In this document: piece by piece, positions 36,856 to 50,667 of the stretch
How positions within the stretch are numbered: position 1 is the first letter of the stretch
Layout of the letters: each line of letters starts with the position of its first letter
Source of the DNA: Escherichia coli
Lineage (GTDB): Bacteria > Pseudomonadota > Gammaproteobacteria > Enterobacterales > Enterobacteriaceae
Strand: one strand, 5' to 3'
NCBI RefSeq assembly: GCF_001677475.2
Contig: NZ_CP015229.1
DNA length: 64,000 nucleotides
Made by a program: the position numbers and the translations under genes
The notes under the pieces: generated by a model
The model's database searches: none
Seen by the model: the letters and a program-made list of their open reading frames with translations, nothing else
What the model was told of the DNA's origin: nothing

Positions 36856-38877
36856 ATGCGTCTAAACCCCGGCCAACAACAAGCTGTCGAATTCGTTACC
36901 GGCCCCTGCCTGGTGCTGGCAGGCGCGGGTTCCGGTAAAACTCGTGTCATCACCAATAAAATCGCCCATCTGATCCGCGGTTGCGGTTATCAGGCGCGAC
37001 ATATCGCGGCGGTGACCTTTACCAATAAGGCGGCGCGCGAGATGAAAGAGCGTGTCGGGCAGACGCTGGGGCGCAAAGAGGCGCGCGGGCTGATGATCTC
37101 CACCTTCCACACGCTGGGGCTGGATATCATCAAGCGTGAGTACGCGGCGTTGGGGATGAAAGCGAACTTTTCGCTGTTTGATGACACCGATCAGCTGGCG
37201 TTGCTTAAAGAGCTGACCGAGGGGCTGATTGAAGATGACAAAGTCCTCCTGCAACAGCTGATTTCGACCATTTCTAACTGGAAGAACGATCTCAAAACAC
37301 CGTCCCAGGCGGCAGCAAGTGCGATTGGCGAGCGGGACCGTATTTTTGCCCATTGTTATGGGCTGTATGATGCACACCTGAAAGCCTGTAACGTTCTCGA
37401 CTTCGATGATCTGATTTTATTGCCGACGTTGCTGCTGCAACGCAATGAAGAAGTCCGCGAGCGCTGGCAGAACAAAATTCGCTACCTGCTGGTGGACGAA
37501 TATCAGGACACCAACACCAGCCAGTATGAACTGGTGAAACTGCTGGTGGGCAGCCGCGCGCGCTTTACCGTGGTGGGGGACGATGACCAGTCGATCTACT
37601 CCTGGCGCGGCGCACGTCCGCAAAACCTGGTGCTGCTGAGTCAGGATTTTCCGGCGCTGAAGGTGATTAAGCTTGAGCAGAACTACCGCTCTTCCGGACG
37701 TATTTTGAAAGCGGCGAACATCCTGATCGCCAATAATCCGCACGTCTTTGAAAAGCGTCTGTTCTCCGAACTGGGTTACGGCACAGAGCTAAAAGTTTTA
37801 AGCGCGAATAACGAAGAACATGAAGCCGAGCGCGTTACTGGCGAGCTGATCGCCCATCACTTCGTCAATAAAACGCAGTACAAAGATTACGCCATTCTTT
37901 ATCGCGGTAACCATCAGTCGCGGGTGTTTGAAAAATTCCTGATGCAAAACCGCATCCCGTACAAAATTTCTGGTGGTACGTCGTTTTTCTCTCGTCCTGA
38001 AATCAAGGACTTGCTGGCTTATCTGCGCGTGCTGACTAACCCGGACGATGACAGCGCATTTCTGCGTATCGTTAACACGCCGAAGCGAGAGATTGGCCCG
38101 GCGACGCTGAAAAAGCTGGGTGAGTGGGCGATGACGCGCAATAAAAGCATGTTTACCGCCAGCTTTGATATGGGCCTGAGTCAGACGCTTAGCGGACGTG
38201 GTTATGAAGCATTGACCCGCTTCACTCACTGGTTGGCAGAAATCCAGCGCCTGGCGGAGCGGGAGCCGATTGCTGCGGTGCGTGATCTAATCCATGGCAT
38301 GGATTATGAATCCTGGCTGTACGAAACATCGCCCAGCCCGAAAGCCGCCGAAATGCGCATGAAGAACGTCAACCAACTGTTTAGCTGGATGACGGAGATG
38401 CTGGAAGGCAGCGAACTGGATGAGCCGATGACGCTCACCCAGGTGGTGACGCGCTTTACTTTGCGCGACATGATGGAGCGTGGTGAGAGTGAAGAAGAGC
38501 TGGATCAGGTGCAACTGATGACTCTGCACGCGTCGAAAGGGCTGGAGTTTCCTTATGTCTACATGGTCGGTATGGAAGAAGGGTTTTTGCCGCACCAGAG
38601 CAGTATCGATGAAGATAATATCGATGAGGAGCGGCGGTTGGCCTATGTCGGCATTACCCGCGCCCAGAAGGAATTGACCTTTACGCTGTGTAAAGAACGC
38701 CGTCAGTACGGCGAACTGGTGCGCCCGGAGCCGAGCCGCTTTTTGCTGGAGCTGCCGCAGGATGATCTGATTTGGGAACAGGAGCGCAAAGTGGTCAGCG
38801 CCGAAGAACGGATGCAGAAAGGGCAAAGCCATCTGGCGAATCTGAAAGCGATGATGGCGGCAAAACGAGGGAAATAA
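36856..38877 (+). CDS. rep: ATP-dependent DNA helicase Rep
   Basis: 673-aa [40 protein letters not shown] from ATG 36856. Confidence 0.95.
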   Translation: MRLNPGQQQAVEFVTGPCLVLAGAGSGKTRVITNKIAHLIRGCGYQARHIAAVTFTNKAAREMKERVGQTLGRKEARGLMISTFHTLGLDIIKREYAALGMKANFSLFDDTDQLALLKELTEGLIEDDKVLLQQLISTISNWKNDLKTPSQAAASAIGERDRIFAHCYGLYDAHLKACNVLDFDDLILLPTLLLQRNEEVRERWQNKIRYLLVDEYQDTNTSQYELVKLLVGSRARFTVVGDDDQSIYSWRGARPQNLVLLSQDFPALKVIKLEQNYRSSGRILKAANILIANNPHVFEKRLFSELGYGTELKVLSANNEEHEAERVTGELIAHHFVNKTQYKDYAILYRGNHQSRVFEKFLMQNRIPYKISGGTSFFSRPEIKDLLAYLRVLTNPDDDSAFLRIVNTPKREIGPATLKKLGEWAMTRNKSMFTASFDMGLSQTLSGRGYEALTRFTHWLAEIQRLAEREPIAAVRDLIHGMDYESWLYETSPSPKAAEMRMKNVNQLFSWMTEMLEGSELDEPMTLTQVVTRFTLRDMMERGESEEELDQVQLMTLHASKGLEFPYVYMVGMEEGFLPHQSSIDEDNIDEERRLAYVGITRAQKELTFTLCKERRQYGELVRPEPSRFLLELPQDDLIWEQERKVVSAEERMQKGQSHLANLKAMMAAKRGK

Positions 38878-38923
38878 TCAAGGCCGGAAAAGATGCGTCA
38901 GCATCGCATCCGGCACTTACTCA

Positions 38924-40408
38924 TTAATGCACTTCCAGCGGCCAGTGGACATAGCTCTGCCACTGGCTTTCCTGAGCAATAATCTCTTTACCTAGCGGAT
39001 GTTGGGTTAGCCAACCTTGCGGAAGCGTCAAGGTCAACAGTTCATGGTTAGCCTGTAATGTCATCTCTGGCACGAGATCGTCACGGCGACGGCTGGCAAA
39101 AATGATGGCCAGGCGTAGTAAACGGCAGAGTTGTTCTGCGACGCGCGGCGGTACGGCATTTTGCTGATGCAGCGATGAGAGATCGACCGGATTAGTCTGG
39201 TTGAGCAGTAGCGTCGCCAGCAATTTTTTCTGTGCGGGGGTAAAACCGGGAAGATCCAGATTACGTACCAGATAAGCAGCGTGTTGCGGCGCTTGTTTGA
39301 AGTCAACGCTCAGGCCGATTTCATGAAGCTGGCAGGCGCTGATGAGCAAATCGCGGCTTATTGCTTCAAGATGCCATTCTTTTTTCACCTGATCGAAGAA
39401 GTTAGCCGCAACTTTGGCTACGCGCTGTGCCTGATCAATATCGATCATAAAGCGGCGCTGAATATTACGCAGCGTACGGCTGCGAATATCCTGCTCGACA
39501 GTCAGATGCAACATGCCGTAGACCAGGCCTTCACGCAGCGCACCGCCCGCCAGGGTCATACACTGAATATTCAGTTCGGTAAAAATGGCTATCAGGATTG
39601 CCAGACCACTCGGGAACACTAACGCACGTTCCAGCGTCAGCCCGTCAATCTCCAGTTCCTCCAGCCGACCGCAATGAATGGCTCGCTGTTTCAGTTGCTG
39701 CAACTTTTCCAGGGTAATGCGTTCATCCATCCCCTGTGCCATCATGATTTCCTGTAACGCCTGCACGGTGCCGGAAGCGCCAACGCACACTTTCCAGCCG
39801 TGATACCGTAATTCATCGGCAACCGGACGTAACACTTCGCGTGCCGCTTTTTCTGCAGCATCAAAATTTTCCTGCCCCAGATTACGATCGGCAAAATAGC
39901 GTTCCAGCCAGGTCACGCAGCCCATCGACAGGCTGAACAACGAGGTGGTTTGTGCACCCGTGCCGGTTACCAGTTCAGTACTGGCACCGCCTATATCCAC
40001 CACCAGGCGCTGATCGGCACCGCCTGTTGTGTGGGCCACCCCCTGATAAATCAGGCGGGCTTCTTCTTCACCGCTGATGACTTTTACCGGGCAGCCAAGG
40101 ATTTCCTGTGCTTTGGCGATAAAATCACCCGCATTGACGGCTAGTCGTAATGTCGCCGTAGCGACAACGCGAATTTGCGAGGGAGGGATATCTTGCAGAC
40201 GTTCAGCAAACAGGCGCAAACATTGCCAACCGCGCTCCATTGCTTCATTAGACAGGGCATTTTCGCTGTTCAGGCCAGCAGCCAGACGCACTTTGCGTTT
40301 AATTCGCGTCAGCGTCTGGATGCTTCCAGCCACCTCGCGCACAACCAGCATATGAAAACTATTCGAACCGAGATCAATGGCTGCATACAGCGACGAGGTG
40401 GAACCCAT
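38924..40408 (-). CDS. gppA: Guanosine pentaphosphate phosphohydrolase / exopolyphosphatase GppA
   Basis: 494-aa [33 protein letters not shown] from ATG at 40406-40408 (ORF track 3 codons longer). Confidence 0.93.
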   Translation of the reverse strand: MGSTSSLYAAIDLGSNSFHMLVVREVAGSIQTLTRIKRKVRLAAGLNSENALSNEAMERGWQCLRLFAERLQDIPPSQIRVVATATLRLAVNAGDFIAKAQEILGCPVKVISGEEEARLIYQGVAHTTGGADQRLVVDIGGASTELVTGTGAQTTSLFSLSMGCVTWLERYFADRNLGQENFDAAEKAAREVLRPVADELRYHGWKVCVGASGTVQALQEIMMAQGMDERITLEKLQQLKQRAIHCGRLEELEIDGLTLERALVFPSGLAILIAIFTELNIQCMTLAGGALREGLVYGMLHLTVEQDIRSRTLRNIQRRFMIDIDQAQRVAKVAANFFDQVKKEWHLEAISRDLLISACQLHEIGLSVDFKQAPQHAAYLVRNLDLPGFTPAQKKLLATLLLNQTNPVDLSSLHQQNAVPPRVAEQLCRLLRLAIIFASRRRDDLVPEMTLQANHELLTLTLPQGWLTQHPLGKEIIAQESQWQSYVHWPLEVH

Positions 40409-40542
40409 ACTCTTCATCCTTCAATCTGTCTCTGCGTTGGCTGCGTTCTTTCACCCAAATCACTTACTACAGCATGCGCATCGGGATTCATTCTCTTGCC
40501 ATCTTGATACAGTTTGAATGATTTTGAGTATGACATTTTTAT

Positions 40543-41808
40543 TTAACCTGAACGACGACGATTACGCGGAGCGCCAGTACGACGCGGACCATTGCCTGTA
40601 CGCGGGCGCGTGAGGCGCAGCGGTTTAGGCAGATCGGTCATCAATGCGTCCGGATTGTATTTGCTTACCGGAATTGAGTGACCAATATAGGTCTCAATAG
40701 CAGGCAAATTCAATGCATACTCTTCACATGCCAGGCTGATGGAATGACCACTTGCGCCTGCACGACCTGTACGACCAATACGGTGAACGTAATCTTCACA
40801 GTCATCGGGTAAATCGTAGTTAAAGACGTGCGTCACAGCCGGGATATGCAGGCCACGCGCGGCAACGTCGGTGGCAACCAGAATATCCAGATCCCCACGG
40901 GTAAATTCATCAAGAATACGCAGACGTTTTTTCTGCGCGACATCGCCTGTCAACAAACCGACACGATGACCATCTGCCGCCAGGTGGCCCCAGATCTCTT
41001 CACAACGGTGTTTAGTGTTGGCGAAAATAATCGCTCTGTCTGGCCACTCTTCTTCGATCAGCGTTTGCAGCAAACGCATTTTTTCTTCGTTAGAAGGGTA
41101 GAAAAGCTCTTCTTTAATACGGTGGCCCGTTTTCTGTTCCGGTTCCACTTCAATATATTCGGCATTGTTCATCTGCTCGAACGCCAGTTCACGTACCCGG
41201 TACGAAAGCGTGGCGGAGAACAGCATGTTGAGGCGCTGGTTTGCAGGCGGCATACGGCGGAACAGCCAGCGGATATCTTTAATAAAGCCCAGATCGTACA
41301 TACGATCGGCTTCGTCCAGTACCACTACCTGAATGGCACCGAGGTTAATGTGGTTCTGCTTGGCGTAGTCAATTAAACGCCCCGTGGTGCCAATCAGAAT
41401 GTCAACGCCGCTTTCCAGCACTTTCAGCTGTTTGTCGTAGCCATCACCACCGTAAGCCAGACCCAGCTTCAGGCCGGTAGCATCCGCCAGCGGTTCCGCG
41501 TCGGCGTGGATCTGCACGGCAAGTTCACGCGTCGGTGCCATAATTAAGGCACGCGGTTGATTCACCTTGCGATCGGCAATCGCGGGATGAGAGAGAAGAT
41601 AATGAAACGTTGACGTAAGAAACGCCATCGTTTTCCCGGTACCGGTTTGCGCCTGCCCGGCTACGTCACGACCCGCCAGCGTCAGCGGAAGGGCCAGTGC
41701 CTGAATGGGCGTACAGTTATGAAACCCTTTTTTTTCAAGGGCTTCTACAACCTTCGGATGCAGGGCGAAGTCGGAAAACTTCTGTTCTGTTAAATGTGTT
41801 TTGCTCAT
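40543..41808 (-). CDS. rhlB: DEAD-box ATP-dependent RNA helicase RhlB
   Basis: 421-aa [42 protein letters not shown]; [12 protein letters not shown] box. Confidence 0.95.
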   Translation of the reverse strand: MSKTHLTEQKFSDFALHPKVVEALEKKGFHNCTPIQALALPLTLAGRDVAGQAQTGTGKTMAFLTSTFHYLLSHPAIADRKVNQPRALIMAPTRELAVQIHADAEPLADATGLKLGLAYGGDGYDKQLKVLESGVDILIGTTGRLIDYAKQNHINLGAIQVVVLDEADRMYDLGFIKDIRWLFRRMPPANQRLNMLFSATLSYRVRELAFEQMNNAEYIEVEPEQKTGHRIKEELFYPSNEEKMRLLQTLIEEEWPDRAIIFANTKHRCEEIWGHLAADGHRVGLLTGDVAQKKRLRILDEFTRGDLDILVATDVAARGLHIPAVTHVFNYDLPDDCEDYVHRIGRTGRAGASGHSISLACEEYALNLPAIETYIGHSIPVSKYNPDALMTDLPKPLRLTRPRTGNGPRRTGAPRNRRRSG

Positions 41809-41938
41809 AGTGTGGTAGAATATCAGCTTACTATTGCTTTACGAAAGCGTATCCGGTGAAATAAAGTCAACCTTTAGTTGGTTAATGTTACACCAACAAC
41901 GAAACCAACACGCCAGGCTTATTCCTGTGGAGTTATAT

Positions 41939-42268
41939 ATGAGCGATAAAATTATTCACCTGACTGACGACAGTTTTGACACGGATGTACTCAAAGCGGA
42001 CGGGGCGATCCTCGTCGATTTCTGGGCAGAGTGGTGCGGTCCGTGCAAAATGATCGCCCCGATTCTGGATGAAATCGCTGACGAATATCAGGGCAAACTG
42101 ACCGTTGCAAAACTGAACATCGATCAAAACCCTGGCACTGCGCCGAAATATGGCATCCGTGGTATCCCGACTCTGCTGCTGTTCAAAAACGGTGAAGTGG
42201 CGGCAACCAAAGTGGGTGCACTGTCTAAAGGTCAGTTGAAAGAGTTCCTCGACGCTAACCTGGCGTAA
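41939..42268 (+). CDS. trxA: Thioredoxin 1
   Basis: 109-aa [41 protein letters not shown] (WCGPC active site) from ATG 41939. Confidence 0.96.
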
Positions 42269-42408
42269 GGGAATTTCATGTTCGGGTGCCCCGTCGCTAA
42301 AAACTGGACGCCCGGCGTGAGTCATGCTAACTTAGTGTTGACTTCGTATTAAACATACCTTATTAAGTTTGAATCTTGTAATGTCCAACGCTTCCCGTTT
42401 TATCTTAA

Positions 42409-42510
42409 ATGCGAAGTGAACAGATTTCTGGCTCGTCACTCAATCCGTCTTGTCGTTTCAGTTCTGCGTACTCTCCTGTGACCAGGCAGCGAAAAGACAT
42501 GAGTCGATGA
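42409..42510 (+). CDS. rhoL: rho operon leader peptide RhoL
   Basis: 33-codon ORF MRSEQISGSSLNPSCRFSSAYSPVTRQRKDMSR ending TGA at 42508-42510, in the rho leader. Confidence 0.7.
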   Translation: MRSEQISGSSLNPSCRFSSAYSPVTRQRKDMSR

Positions 42511-42594
42511 CCGTAAACAGGCATGGATGATCCTGCCATACCATTCACAACATTAAGTTCGAGATTTACCCCAAGTTTAAGAACTCACACCACT

Positions 42595-43854
42595 ATGAAT
42601 CTTACCGAATTAAAGAATACGCCGGTTTCTGAGCTGATCACTCTCGGCGAAAATATGGGGCTGGAAAACCTGGCTCGTATGCGTAAGCAGGACATTATTT
42701 TTGCCATCCTGAAGCAGCACGCAAAGAGTGGCGAAGATATCTTTGGTGATGGCGTACTGGAGATATTGCAGGATGGATTTGGTTTCCTCCGTTCCGCAGA
42801 CAGCTCCTACCTCGCCGGTCCTGATGACATCTACGTTTCCCCTAGCCAAATCCGCCGTTTCAACCTCCGCACTGGTGATACCATTTCTGGTAAGATTCGC
42901 CCGCCGAAAGAAGGTGAACGCTATTTTGCGCTGCTGAAAGTTAACGAAGTTAACTTCGACAAACCTGAAAACGCCCGCAACAAAATCCTCTTTGAGAACT
43001 TAACCCCGCTGCACGCAAACTCTCGTCTGCGTATGGAACGTGGTAACGGTTCTACTGAAGATTTAACTGCTCGCGTACTGGATCTGGCATCACCTATCGG
43101 TCGTGGTCAGCGTGGTCTGATTGTGGCACCGCCGAAAGCCGGTAAAACCATGCTGCTGCAGAACATTGCTCAGAGCATTGCTTACAACCACCCGGATTGT
43201 GTGCTGATGGTTCTGCTGATCGACGAACGTCCGGAAGAAGTAACCGAGATGCAGCGTCTGGTAAAAGGTGAAGTTGTTGCTTCTACCTTTGACGAACCCG
43301 CATCTCGCCACGTTCAGGTTGCGGAAATGGTGATCGAGAAGGCGAAACGCCTGGTTGAGCACAAGAAAGACGTTATCATTCTGCTCGACTCCATCACTCG
43401 TCTGGCGCGCGCTTACAACACCGTTGTTCCGGCGTCAGGTAAAGTGCTGACCGGTGGTGTGGATGCCAACGCCCTGCATCGTCCGAAACGCTTCTTCGGT
43501 GCGGCGCGTAACGTAGAAGAGGGCGGCAGCCTGACCATTATCGCGACGGCGCTTATCGATACCGGTTCTAAAATGGACGAAGTTATCTACGAAGAGTTTA
43601 AAGGTACAGGCAACATGGAACTGCACCTCTCTCGTAAGATCGCTGAAAAACGCGTCTTCCCGGCTATCGACTACAACCGTTCTGGTACCCGTAAAGAAGA
43701 GCTGCTCACGACTCAGGAAGAACTGCAGAAAATGTGGATCCTGCGCAAAATCATTCACCCGATGGGCGAAATCGATGCAATGGAATTCCTCATTAATAAA
43801 CTGGCAATGACCAAGACCAATGACGATTTCTTCGAAATGATGAAACGCTCATAA
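42595..43854 (+). CDS. rho: Transcription termination factor Rho
   Basis: 419-aa [56 protein letters not shown] from ATG 42595. Confidence 0.97.
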
Positions 43855-43871
43855 ATTTGTCTTATGCCAAA

Positions 43872-43905
43872 AACGCCACGTGTTTACGTGGCGTTTTGCT
43901 TTTAT
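43872..43905 (+). terminator. Intrinsic terminator downstream of rho
   Basis: AACGCCACGT-GTTT-ACGTGGCGTT hairpin followed by TTGCTTTT. Confidence 0.8.
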
Positions 43906-44093
43906 ATCTGTAATCTTAATGCCGCGCTGGCAATGTTAGGAAAATTCCTGGATTTTGCTGGTGTGTTATGCAATTTGCATATCAAATGGTTAATTTTTGC
44001 ACAGGACTGGTGGGTTCGGAACGGACTTTCCCTTCTGAATAAAGGTCTTCGTGGTTATACTTCTGCTAATAATTTTCTCTGAGAGCATGCATT

Positions 44094-45197
44094 GTGAATT
44101 TACTGACAGTGAGTACTGATCTCATCAGTATTTTTTTATTCACGACACTGTTTCTGTTTTTTGCCCGTAAGGTGGCAAAAAAAGTCGGTTTAGTGGATAA
44201 ACCTAACTTCCGCAAACGTCACCAGGGATTGATACCTCTCGTTGGGGGGATTTCGGTTTACGCAGGGATTTGCTTCACGTTCGGAATTGTCGATTACTAT
44301 ATTCCGCATGCATCTCTCTATCTCGCTTGTGCCGGTGTGCTTGTTTTCATTGGCGCGCTGGATGACCGTTTTGATATCAGCGTAAAAATCCGTGCAACCA
44401 TACAGGCCGCTGTTGGCATTGTTATGATGGTGTTCGGCAAACTTTATCTCAGTAGCCTGGGTTATATCTTTGGCTCCTGGGAGATGGTGCTCGGACCGTT
44501 TGGCTACTTCCTGACGCTATTTGCCGTCTGGGCGGCCATTAATGCGTTCAACATGGTTGATGGCATTGATGGCTTGCTGGGCGGGTTGTCCTGCGTCTCG
44601 TTTGCAGCAATCGGTATGATTTTGTGGTTCGACGGGCAAACCAGCCTTGCAATCTGGTGTTTTGCGATGATCGCCGCCATCCTGCCATACATCATGCTTA
44701 ACCTTGGTATCCTGGGTCGCCGCTACAAAGTCTTTATGGGTGATGCGGGCAGTACGCTGATTGGTTTTACCGTTATCTGGATCCTGCTCGAAACGACCCA
44801 GGGCAAAACCCATCCCATCAGCCCGGTTACCGCTTTGTGGATAATCGCCATTCCGCTAATGGATATGGTGGCGATTATGTACCGTCGCCTGCGTAAAGGC
44901 ATGAGTCCGTTCTCTCCTGATCGCCAGCATATTCACCATTTGATCATGCGTGCCGGGTTTACTTCCCGCCAGGCGTTTGTGCTGATTACCCTTGCCGCAG
45001 CTCTGCTCGCCTCCATTGGGGTGCTGGCAGAATATTCTCATTTTGTCCCGGAGTGGGTCATGCTGGTGCTCTTTTTGCTAGCATTCTTCCTCTATGGATA
45101 TTGCATTAAGCGTGCCTGGAAAGTTGCTCGCTTTATTAAGCGCGTAAAACGCAGACTGCGTAGAAATCGTGGTGGCAGCCCCAATTTAACCAAATAA
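44094..45197 (+). CDS. wecA: UDP-GlcNAc:undecaprenyl-phosphate GlcNAc-1-phosphate transferase WecA (Rfe)
   Basis: 367-codon ORF (GTG start) MNLLTVSTDLISIFLFTTLFLFFARKVAKKVGLVDKPNFRKRHQG. Confidence 0.94.
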   Translation: MNLLTVSTDLISIFLFTTLFLFFARKVAKKVGLVDKPNFRKRHQGLIPLVGGISVYAGICFTFGIVDYYIPHASLYLACAGVLVFIGALDDRFDISVKIRATIQAAVGIVMMVFGKLYLSSLGYIFGSWEMVLGPFGYFLTLFAVWAAINAFNMVDGIDGLLGGLSCVSFAAIGMILWFDGQTSLAIWCFAMIAAILPYIMLNLGILGRRYKVFMGDAGSTLIGFTVIWILLETTQGKTHPISPVTALWIIAIPLMDMVAIMYRRLRKGMSPFSPDRQHIHHLIMRAGFTSRQAFVLITLAAALLASIGVLAEYSHFVPEWVMLVLFLLAFFLYGYCIKRAWKVARFIKRVKRRLRRNRGGSPNLTK

Positions 45198-45208
45198 ATG
45201 AGGATGTG

Positions 45209-46255
45209 ATGACACAACCAATGCCTGGGAAACCGGCCGAAGACGCTGAAAATGAACTGGATATTCGTGGGTTGTTTCGTACCTTGTGGGCTGGGAAGCT
45301 ATGGATTATTGGCATGGGGCTGGCGTTTGCGTTAATCGCGCTGGCGTATACTTTTTTTGCTCGTCAGGAGTGGAGCTCGACGGCGATTACCGATCGTCCA
45401 ACGGTGAATATGCTGGGGGGATATTACTCGCAGCAGCAATTTTTGCGTAACCTGGATGTCCGTTCAAACATGGCTTCTGCCGACCAATCATCGGTCATGG
45501 ACGAAGCCTATAAAGAGTTTGTTATGCAACTGGCCTCGTGGGATACCCGCAGAGAGTTCTGGCTGCAAACCGACTATTACAAACAGCGGATGGTGGGCAA
45601 CAGCAAAGCCGATGCGGCGTTGCTGGATGAAATGATTAACAACATCCAGTTTATCCCCGGAGACTTTACCCGCGCGGTCAATGACAGCGTGAAGCTTATT
45701 GCCGAAACCGCGCCTGACGCTAATAACCTGTTACGTCAGTATGTTGCTTTTGCCAGCCAGCGTGCAGCCAGCCATCTGAATGATGAGCTGAAAGGCGCAT
45801 GGGCGGCACGCACCATCCAGATGAAAGCTCAGGTGAAGCGTCAGGAAGAGGTGGCGAAAGCCATCTACGACCGCCGGATGAACAGCATTGAGCAGGCGCT
45901 GAAAATTGCTGAGCAGCATAATATTTCGCGCAGTGCGACAGATGTGCCTGCCGAGGAATTACCTGATTCAGAAATGTTCCTGCTTGGGCGTCCAATGCTC
46001 CAGGCTCGACTGGAAAATTTACAGGCCGTCGGTCCGGCCTTTGATCTCGACTATGATCAGAATCGGGCCATGTTAAACACCCTGAATGTTGGTCCAACCC
46101 TGGATCCGCGTTTTCAGACCTATCGCTATTTGCGTACGCCGGAAGAACCGGTAAAACGCGATAGCCCACGTCGTGCCTTCCTGATGATTATGTGGGGCAT
46201 TGTCGGGGGGCTGATCGGGGCTGGTGTCGCATTAACCCGCCGTTGCTCGAAATAG
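45209..46255 (+). CDS. wzzE: ECA polysaccharide chain-length regulator WzzE
   Basis: 348-aa [34 protein letters not shown] from ATG 45209. Confidence 0.93.
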   Translation: MTQPMPGKPAEDAENELDIRGLFRTLWAGKLWIIGMGLAFALIALAYTFFARQEWSSTAITDRPTVNMLGGYYSQQQFLRNLDVRSNMASADQSSVMDEAYKEFVMQLASWDTRREFWLQTDYYKQRMVGNSKADAALLDEMINNIQFIPGDFTRAVNDSVKLIAETAPDANNLLRQYVAFASQRAASHLNDELKGAWAARTIQMKAQVKRQEEVAKAIYDRRMNSIEQALKIAEQHNISRSATDVPAEELPDSEMFLLGRPMLQARLENLQAVGPAFDLDYDQNRAMLNTLNVGPTLDPRFQTYRYLRTPEEPVKRDSPRRAFLMIMWGIVGGLIGAGVALTRRCSK

Positions 46256-46310
46256 CAACACTGCTGCGGTGAGCGCAAAGGCGCTCGCCGCTTATTCGAA
46301 GAGAATCGAT

Positions 46311-47441
46311 GTGAAAGTACTGACTGTATTTGGTACGCGCCCGGAAGCCATCAAGATGGCTCCGTTGGTGCATGCGTTGGCAAAAGATCCTTTTTTTGAG
46401 GCTAAAGTTTGCGTCACTGCGCAGCATCGGGAGATGCTCGATCAGGTGCTGAAACTCTTTTCCATTGTACCTGACTACGATCTCAACATAATGCAGCCAG
46501 GACAGGGCCTGACAGAGATAACCTGTCGGATTCTGGAAGGGCTAAAACCAATTCTTGCCGAGTTCAAACCAGACGTCGTGCTGGTTCACGGCGATACTAC
46601 GACGACGCTGGCAACCAGCCTGGCGGCGTTTTATCAGCGTATTCCTGTTGGTCACGTTGAGGCTGGTCTGCGCACGGGCGATCTCTATTCGCCGTGGCCG
46701 GAAGAGGCTAACCGTACATTGACCGGGCATCTGGCGATGTATCACTTCTCTCCAACCGAAACTTCCCGGCAAAACTTGCTGCGTGAAAATGTTGCTGACA
46801 GCCGAATCTTCATTACCGGTAATACAGTTATTGATGCACTGTTATGGGTGCGTGACCAGGTGATGAGCAGCGATACGCTGCGTTCAGAACTGGCGGCAAA
46901 TTACCCGTTTATCGACCCCAATAAAAAAATGATTCTGGTGACCGGTCACAGGCGTGAGAGCTTCGGTCGTGGCTTTGAAGAAATCTGCCATGCGCTGGCA
47001 GACATCGCCACCACGCATCAGGACATCCAGATTGTCTATCCAGTGCATCTCAACCCGAACGTCAGAGAGCCGGTCAATCGCATTCTGGGGCATGTGAAAA
47101 ATGTCATTCTGATCGATCCCCAGGAGTATTTACCGTTTGTCTGGCTGATGAACCACGCCTGGCTGATTTTGACCGACTCAGGCGGCATTCAGGAAGAGGC
47201 GCCTTCGCTGGGGAAACCGGTGCTGGTGATGCGCGATACCACTGAGCGTCCGGAAGCGGTGACGGCGGGTACGGTGCGTCTGGTAGGCACGGATAAGCAG
47301 CGAATTGTCGAGGAAGTGACGCGTCTTTTAAAAGACGAAAACGAATATCAAGCTATGAGCCGCGCCCATAACCCGTATGGTGATGGTCAGGCATGCTCTC
47401 GCATTCTGGAAGCGTTAAAAAATAATCGGATATCACTATGA
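46311..47441 (+). CDS. wecB: UDP-N-acetylglucosamine 2-epimerase WecB (RffE)
   Basis: 376-aa (M)[46 protein letters not shown] from GTG 46311; ORF-track upstream extension rejected. Confidence 0.92.
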   Translation: MKVLTVFGTRPEAIKMAPLVHALAKDPFFEAKVCVTAQHREMLDQVLKLFSIVPDYDLNIMQPGQGLTEITCRILEGLKPILAEFKPDVVLVHGDTTTTLATSLAAFYQRIPVGHVEAGLRTGDLYSPWPEEANRTLTGHLAMYHFSPTETSRQNLLRENVADSRIFITGNTVIDALLWVRDQVMSSDTLRSELAANYPFIDPNKKMILVTGHRRESFGRGFEEICHALADIATTHQDIQIVYPVHLNPNVREPVNRILGHVKNVILIDPQEYLPFVWLMNHAWLILTDSGGIQEEAPSLGKPVLVMRDTTERPEAVTAGTVRLVGTDKQRIVEEVTRLLKDENEYQAMSRAHNPYGDGQACSRILEALKNNRISL

Positions 47442-48700
47442 GTTTTGCGACCATTTCTGTTATCGGACTGGGTTACATCGGGCTGCCTACAGCAGCTGCG
47501 TTTGCCTCACGGCAAAAACAGGTGATTGGTGTCGATATCAACCAACACGCGGTTGATACCATCAATCGTGGCGAAATCCATATCGTCGAGCCTGATTTGG
47601 CGAGCGTAGTAAAAACTGCCGTAGAAGGCGGTTTTTTACGAGCGAGCACGACGCCAGTTGAAGCGGATGCCTGGCTGATTGCTGTACCCACGCCGTTTAA
47701 AGGCGATCATGAGCCAGATATGACCTACGTTGAATCGGCTGCTCGCTCCATTGCGCCAGTGCTGAAAAAAGGCGCGCTGGTGATCCTTGAATCCACCTCG
47801 CCGGTGGGGTCAACCGAGAAGATGGCAGAATGGTTAGCAGAGATGCGTCCGGATCTCACTTTCCCACAGCAGGTGGGCGAGCAGGCGGACGTCAACATTG
47901 CTTACTGCCCGGAACGCGTGTTACCGGGCCAGGTTATGGTCGAGCTGATTAAAAACGATCGCGTGATTGGTGGTATGACGCCGGTTTGTTCGGCCCGCGC
48001 CAGCGAACTGTACAAGATTTTCCTCGAAGGTGAGTGTGTCGTCACTAACTCGCGGACGGCGGAAATGTGTAAGCTCACCGAAAACAGCTTCCGCGATGTG
48101 AATATCGCTTTTGCTAATGAATTGTCGCTGATTTGTGCCGATCAGGGGATTAACGTCTGGGAACTGATTCGCCTGGCGAATCGTCACCCTCGCGTTAATA
48201 TTCTTCAGCCTGGTCCTGGCGTGGGCGGTCACTGCATCGCTGTTGATCCGTGGTTTATTGTGGCACAGAACCCGCAGCAGGCGCGGCTTATCCGTACCGC
48301 GCGCGAAGTGAACGATCACAAACCTTTCTGGGTTATCGATCAGGTGAAAGCGGCGGTGGCTGATTGCCTGGCGGCTACCGATAAACGCGCCAGTGAACTG
48401 AAAATCGCCTGCTTTGGTCTGGCGTTTAAACCGAATATTGATGACCTGCGCGAAAGCCCGGCGATGGAAATCGCTGAACTGATCGCCCAGTGGCACAGCG
48501 GCGAAACGCTGGTTGTTGAGCCTAACATCCACCAGTTGCCGAAGAAACTGACCGGGCTTTGTACTCTGGCGCAGCTTGACGAGGCGCTGGCAACGGCAGA
48601 TGTGCTGGTGATGTTGGTCGATCATAGTCAGTTCAAAGTTATCAATGGCGACAATGTCCATCAGCAGTATGTCGTCGATGCCAAAGGAGTTTGGCGCTGA
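47438..48700 (+). CDS. wecC: UDP-N-acetyl-D-mannosamine dehydrogenase WecC (RffD)
   Basis: 420-aa [39 protein letters not shown]; ATGA overlap with wecB. Confidence 0.94.
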   Translation: MSFATISVIGLGYIGLPTAAAFASRQKQVIGVDINQHAVDTINRGEIHIVEPDLASVVKTAVEGGFLRASTTPVEADAWLIAVPTPFKGDHEPDMTYVESAARSIAPVLKKGALVILESTSPVGSTEKMAEWLAEMRPDLTFPQQVGEQADVNIAYCPERVLPGQVMVELIKNDRVIGGMTPVCSARASELYKIFLEGECVVTNSRTAEMCKLTENSFRDVNIAFANELSLICADQGINVWELIRLANRHPRVNILQPGPGVGGHCIAVDPWFIVAQNPQQARLIRTAREVNDHKPFWVIDQVKAAVADCLAATDKRASELKIACFGLAFKPNIDDLRESPAMEIAELIAQWHSGETLVVEPNIHQLPKKLTGLCTLAQLDEALATADVLVMLVDHSQFKVINGDNVHQQYVVDAKGVWR

Positions 48701-49767
48701 TGAGAAAGATTCTGATAACAGGTGGTGCCGGGTTTATTGGCTCGGCGCTGGTGCGTTATATCATCAACGAAACGAGCGATGCGGTGGTAGTGGTCGATAA
48801 GCTGACCTACGCCGGAAACCTGATGTCGCTGGCACCGGTCGCGCAAAGCGAGCGCTTTGCCTTTGAGAAAGTTGATATCTGCGATCGGGCAGAACTGGCG
48901 CGCGTATTCACTGAGCATCAGCCAGACTGTGTCATGCATCTGGCAGCCGAAAGCCATGTTGACCGTTCTATTGACGGCCCGGCAGCGTTTGTTGAAACCA
49001 ACATTGTCGGGACTTATACATTGCTTGAAGCGGCGCGGGCTTACTGGAATGCGCTGACGGAAGATAAAAAATCAGCGTTCCGTTTTCATCATATCTCCAC
49101 CGACGAAGTATATGGTGACCTGCACTCGACGGATGATTTCTTCACCGAAACCACGCCGTATGCGCCGAGCAGCCCTTATTCCGCGTCAAAAGCCAGCAGC
49201 GACCATCTGGTGCGCGCCTGGCTGCGGACCTATGGTCTGCCGACGCTTATCACCAACTGCTCGAATAACTACGGCCCTTACCACTTTCCGGAAAAACTGA
49301 TCCCGCTGATGATCCTCAATGCGCTGGCGGGTAAACCGCTGCCGGTATATGGCAACGGGCAGCAAATCCGTGACTGGCTGTATGTGGAAGATCACGCCCG
49401 CGCGCTGTATTGCGTGGCGACCACCGGGAAAGTCGGTGAAACCTATAATATTGGTGGTCACAACGAGCGTAAGAATCTCGATGTTGTGGAAACCATTTGC
49501 GAGCTGCTGGAAGAACTGGCTCCGAACAAGCCGCACGGCGTGGCGCACTATCGTGACCTGATCACCTTTGTCGCTGACCGTCCGGGGCATGATCTGCGTT
49601 ATGCCATTGATGCTTCGAAAATTGCCCGTGAACTTGGCTGGCTGCCGCAGGAAACCTTTGAAAGTGGAATGCGTAAAACGGTTCAGTGGTATCTGGCTAA
49701 TGAAAGCTGGTGGAAGCAGGTGCAGGACGGCAGCTATCAGGGCGAGCGTTTAGGTCTGAAAGGCTAA
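48700..49767 (+). CDS. rffG: dTDP-glucose 4,6-dehydratase RffG
   Basis: 355-aa [40 protein letters not shown] from ATG 48700 (overlaps the wecC stop by 1 nt). Confidence 0.94.
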   Translation: MRKILITGGAGFIGSALVRYIINETSDAVVVVDKLTYAGNLMSLAPVAQSERFAFEKVDICDRAELARVFTEHQPDCVMHLAAESHVDRSIDGPAAFVETNIVGTYTLLEAARAYWNALTEDKKSAFRFHHISTDEVYGDLHSTDDFFTETTPYAPSSPYSASKASSDHLVRAWLRTYGLPTLITNCSNNYGPYHFPEKLIPLMILNALAGKPLPVYGNGQQIRDWLYVEDHARALYCVATTGKVGETYNIGGHNERKNLDVVETICELLEELAPNKPHGVAHYRDLITFVADRPGHDLRYAIDASKIARELGWLPQETFESGMRKTVQWYLANESWWKQVQDGSYQGERLGLKG

Positions 49768-49785
49768 TTTTCAGCGGAGGCAAAC

Positions 49786-50667
49786 ATGAAAGGTATTATC
49801 CTGGCGGGCGGTTCCGGTACCCGATTGCATCCGATTACGCGCGGCGTATCGAAGCAACTGTTGCCGATTTACGATAAGCCAATGATTTACTATCCGCTGT
49901 CGGTGCTGATGCTGGCCGGTATCCGCGAAATTCTCATCATCACTACGCCGGAAGATAAAGGTTATTTCCAGCGCCTGCTGGGCGATGGTAGTGAGTTCGG
50001 TATCCAGCTGGAATATGCCGAACAGCCCAGCCCGGACGGTCTGGCGCAGGCCTTTATCATCGGTGAAACCTTCCTCAACGGTGAACCTTCTTGTCTGGTG
50101 CTGGGCGATAACATCTTCTTCGGACAGGGCTTCAGTCCGAAGCTGCGTCATGTTGCGGCGCGCACGCAAGGCGCGACGGTATTTGGCTATCAGGTGATGG
50201 ACCCGGAACGCTTTGGCGTCGTGGAGTTTGACGACAATTTCCGCGCTATCTCGCTGGAAGAAAAGCCAAAACAGCCGAAATCAAACTGGGCGGTGACCGG
50301 GCTTTATTTCTACGACAGTAAAGTCGTGGAGTACGCAAAGCTGGTGAAGCCGTCGGAGCGTGGTGAACTGGAGATCACCTCCATCAACCAGATGTACCTC
50401 GAGGCGGGTAACCTGACCGTTGAACTGCTCGGGCGCGGATTTGCCTGGCTGGACACTGGCACTCACGACAGCCTGATTGAAGCCAGCACCTTTGTACAGA
50501 CGGTGGAGAAACGCCAGGGCTTTAAGATTGCCTGCCTGGAAGAGATCGCCTGGCGTAACGGCTGGCTTGATGACGAAGGCGTGAAGCGCGCCGCCAGCTC
50601 GCTGGCGAAAACTGGCTACGGCCAATATCTGCTGGAGTTACTTCGTGCCCGTCCGCGCCAGTATTGA
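49786..50667 (+). CDS. rffH: Glucose-1-phosphate thymidylyltransferase RffH
   Basis: 293-aa [57 protein letters not shown]. Confidence 0.95.
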   Translation: MKGIILAGGSGTRLHPITRGVSKQLLPIYDKPMIYYPLSVLMLAGIREILIITTPEDKGYFQRLLGDGSEFGIQLEYAEQPSPDGLAQAFIIGETFLNGEPSCLVLGDNIFFGQGFSPKLRHVAARTQGATVFGYQVMDPERFGVVEFDDNFRAISLEEKPKQPKSNWAVTGLYFYDSKVVEYAKLVKPSERGELEITSINQMYLEAGNLTVELLGRGFAWLDTGTHDSLIEASTFVQTVEKRQGFKIACLEEIAWRNGWLDDEGVKRAASSLAKTGYGQYLLELLRARPRQY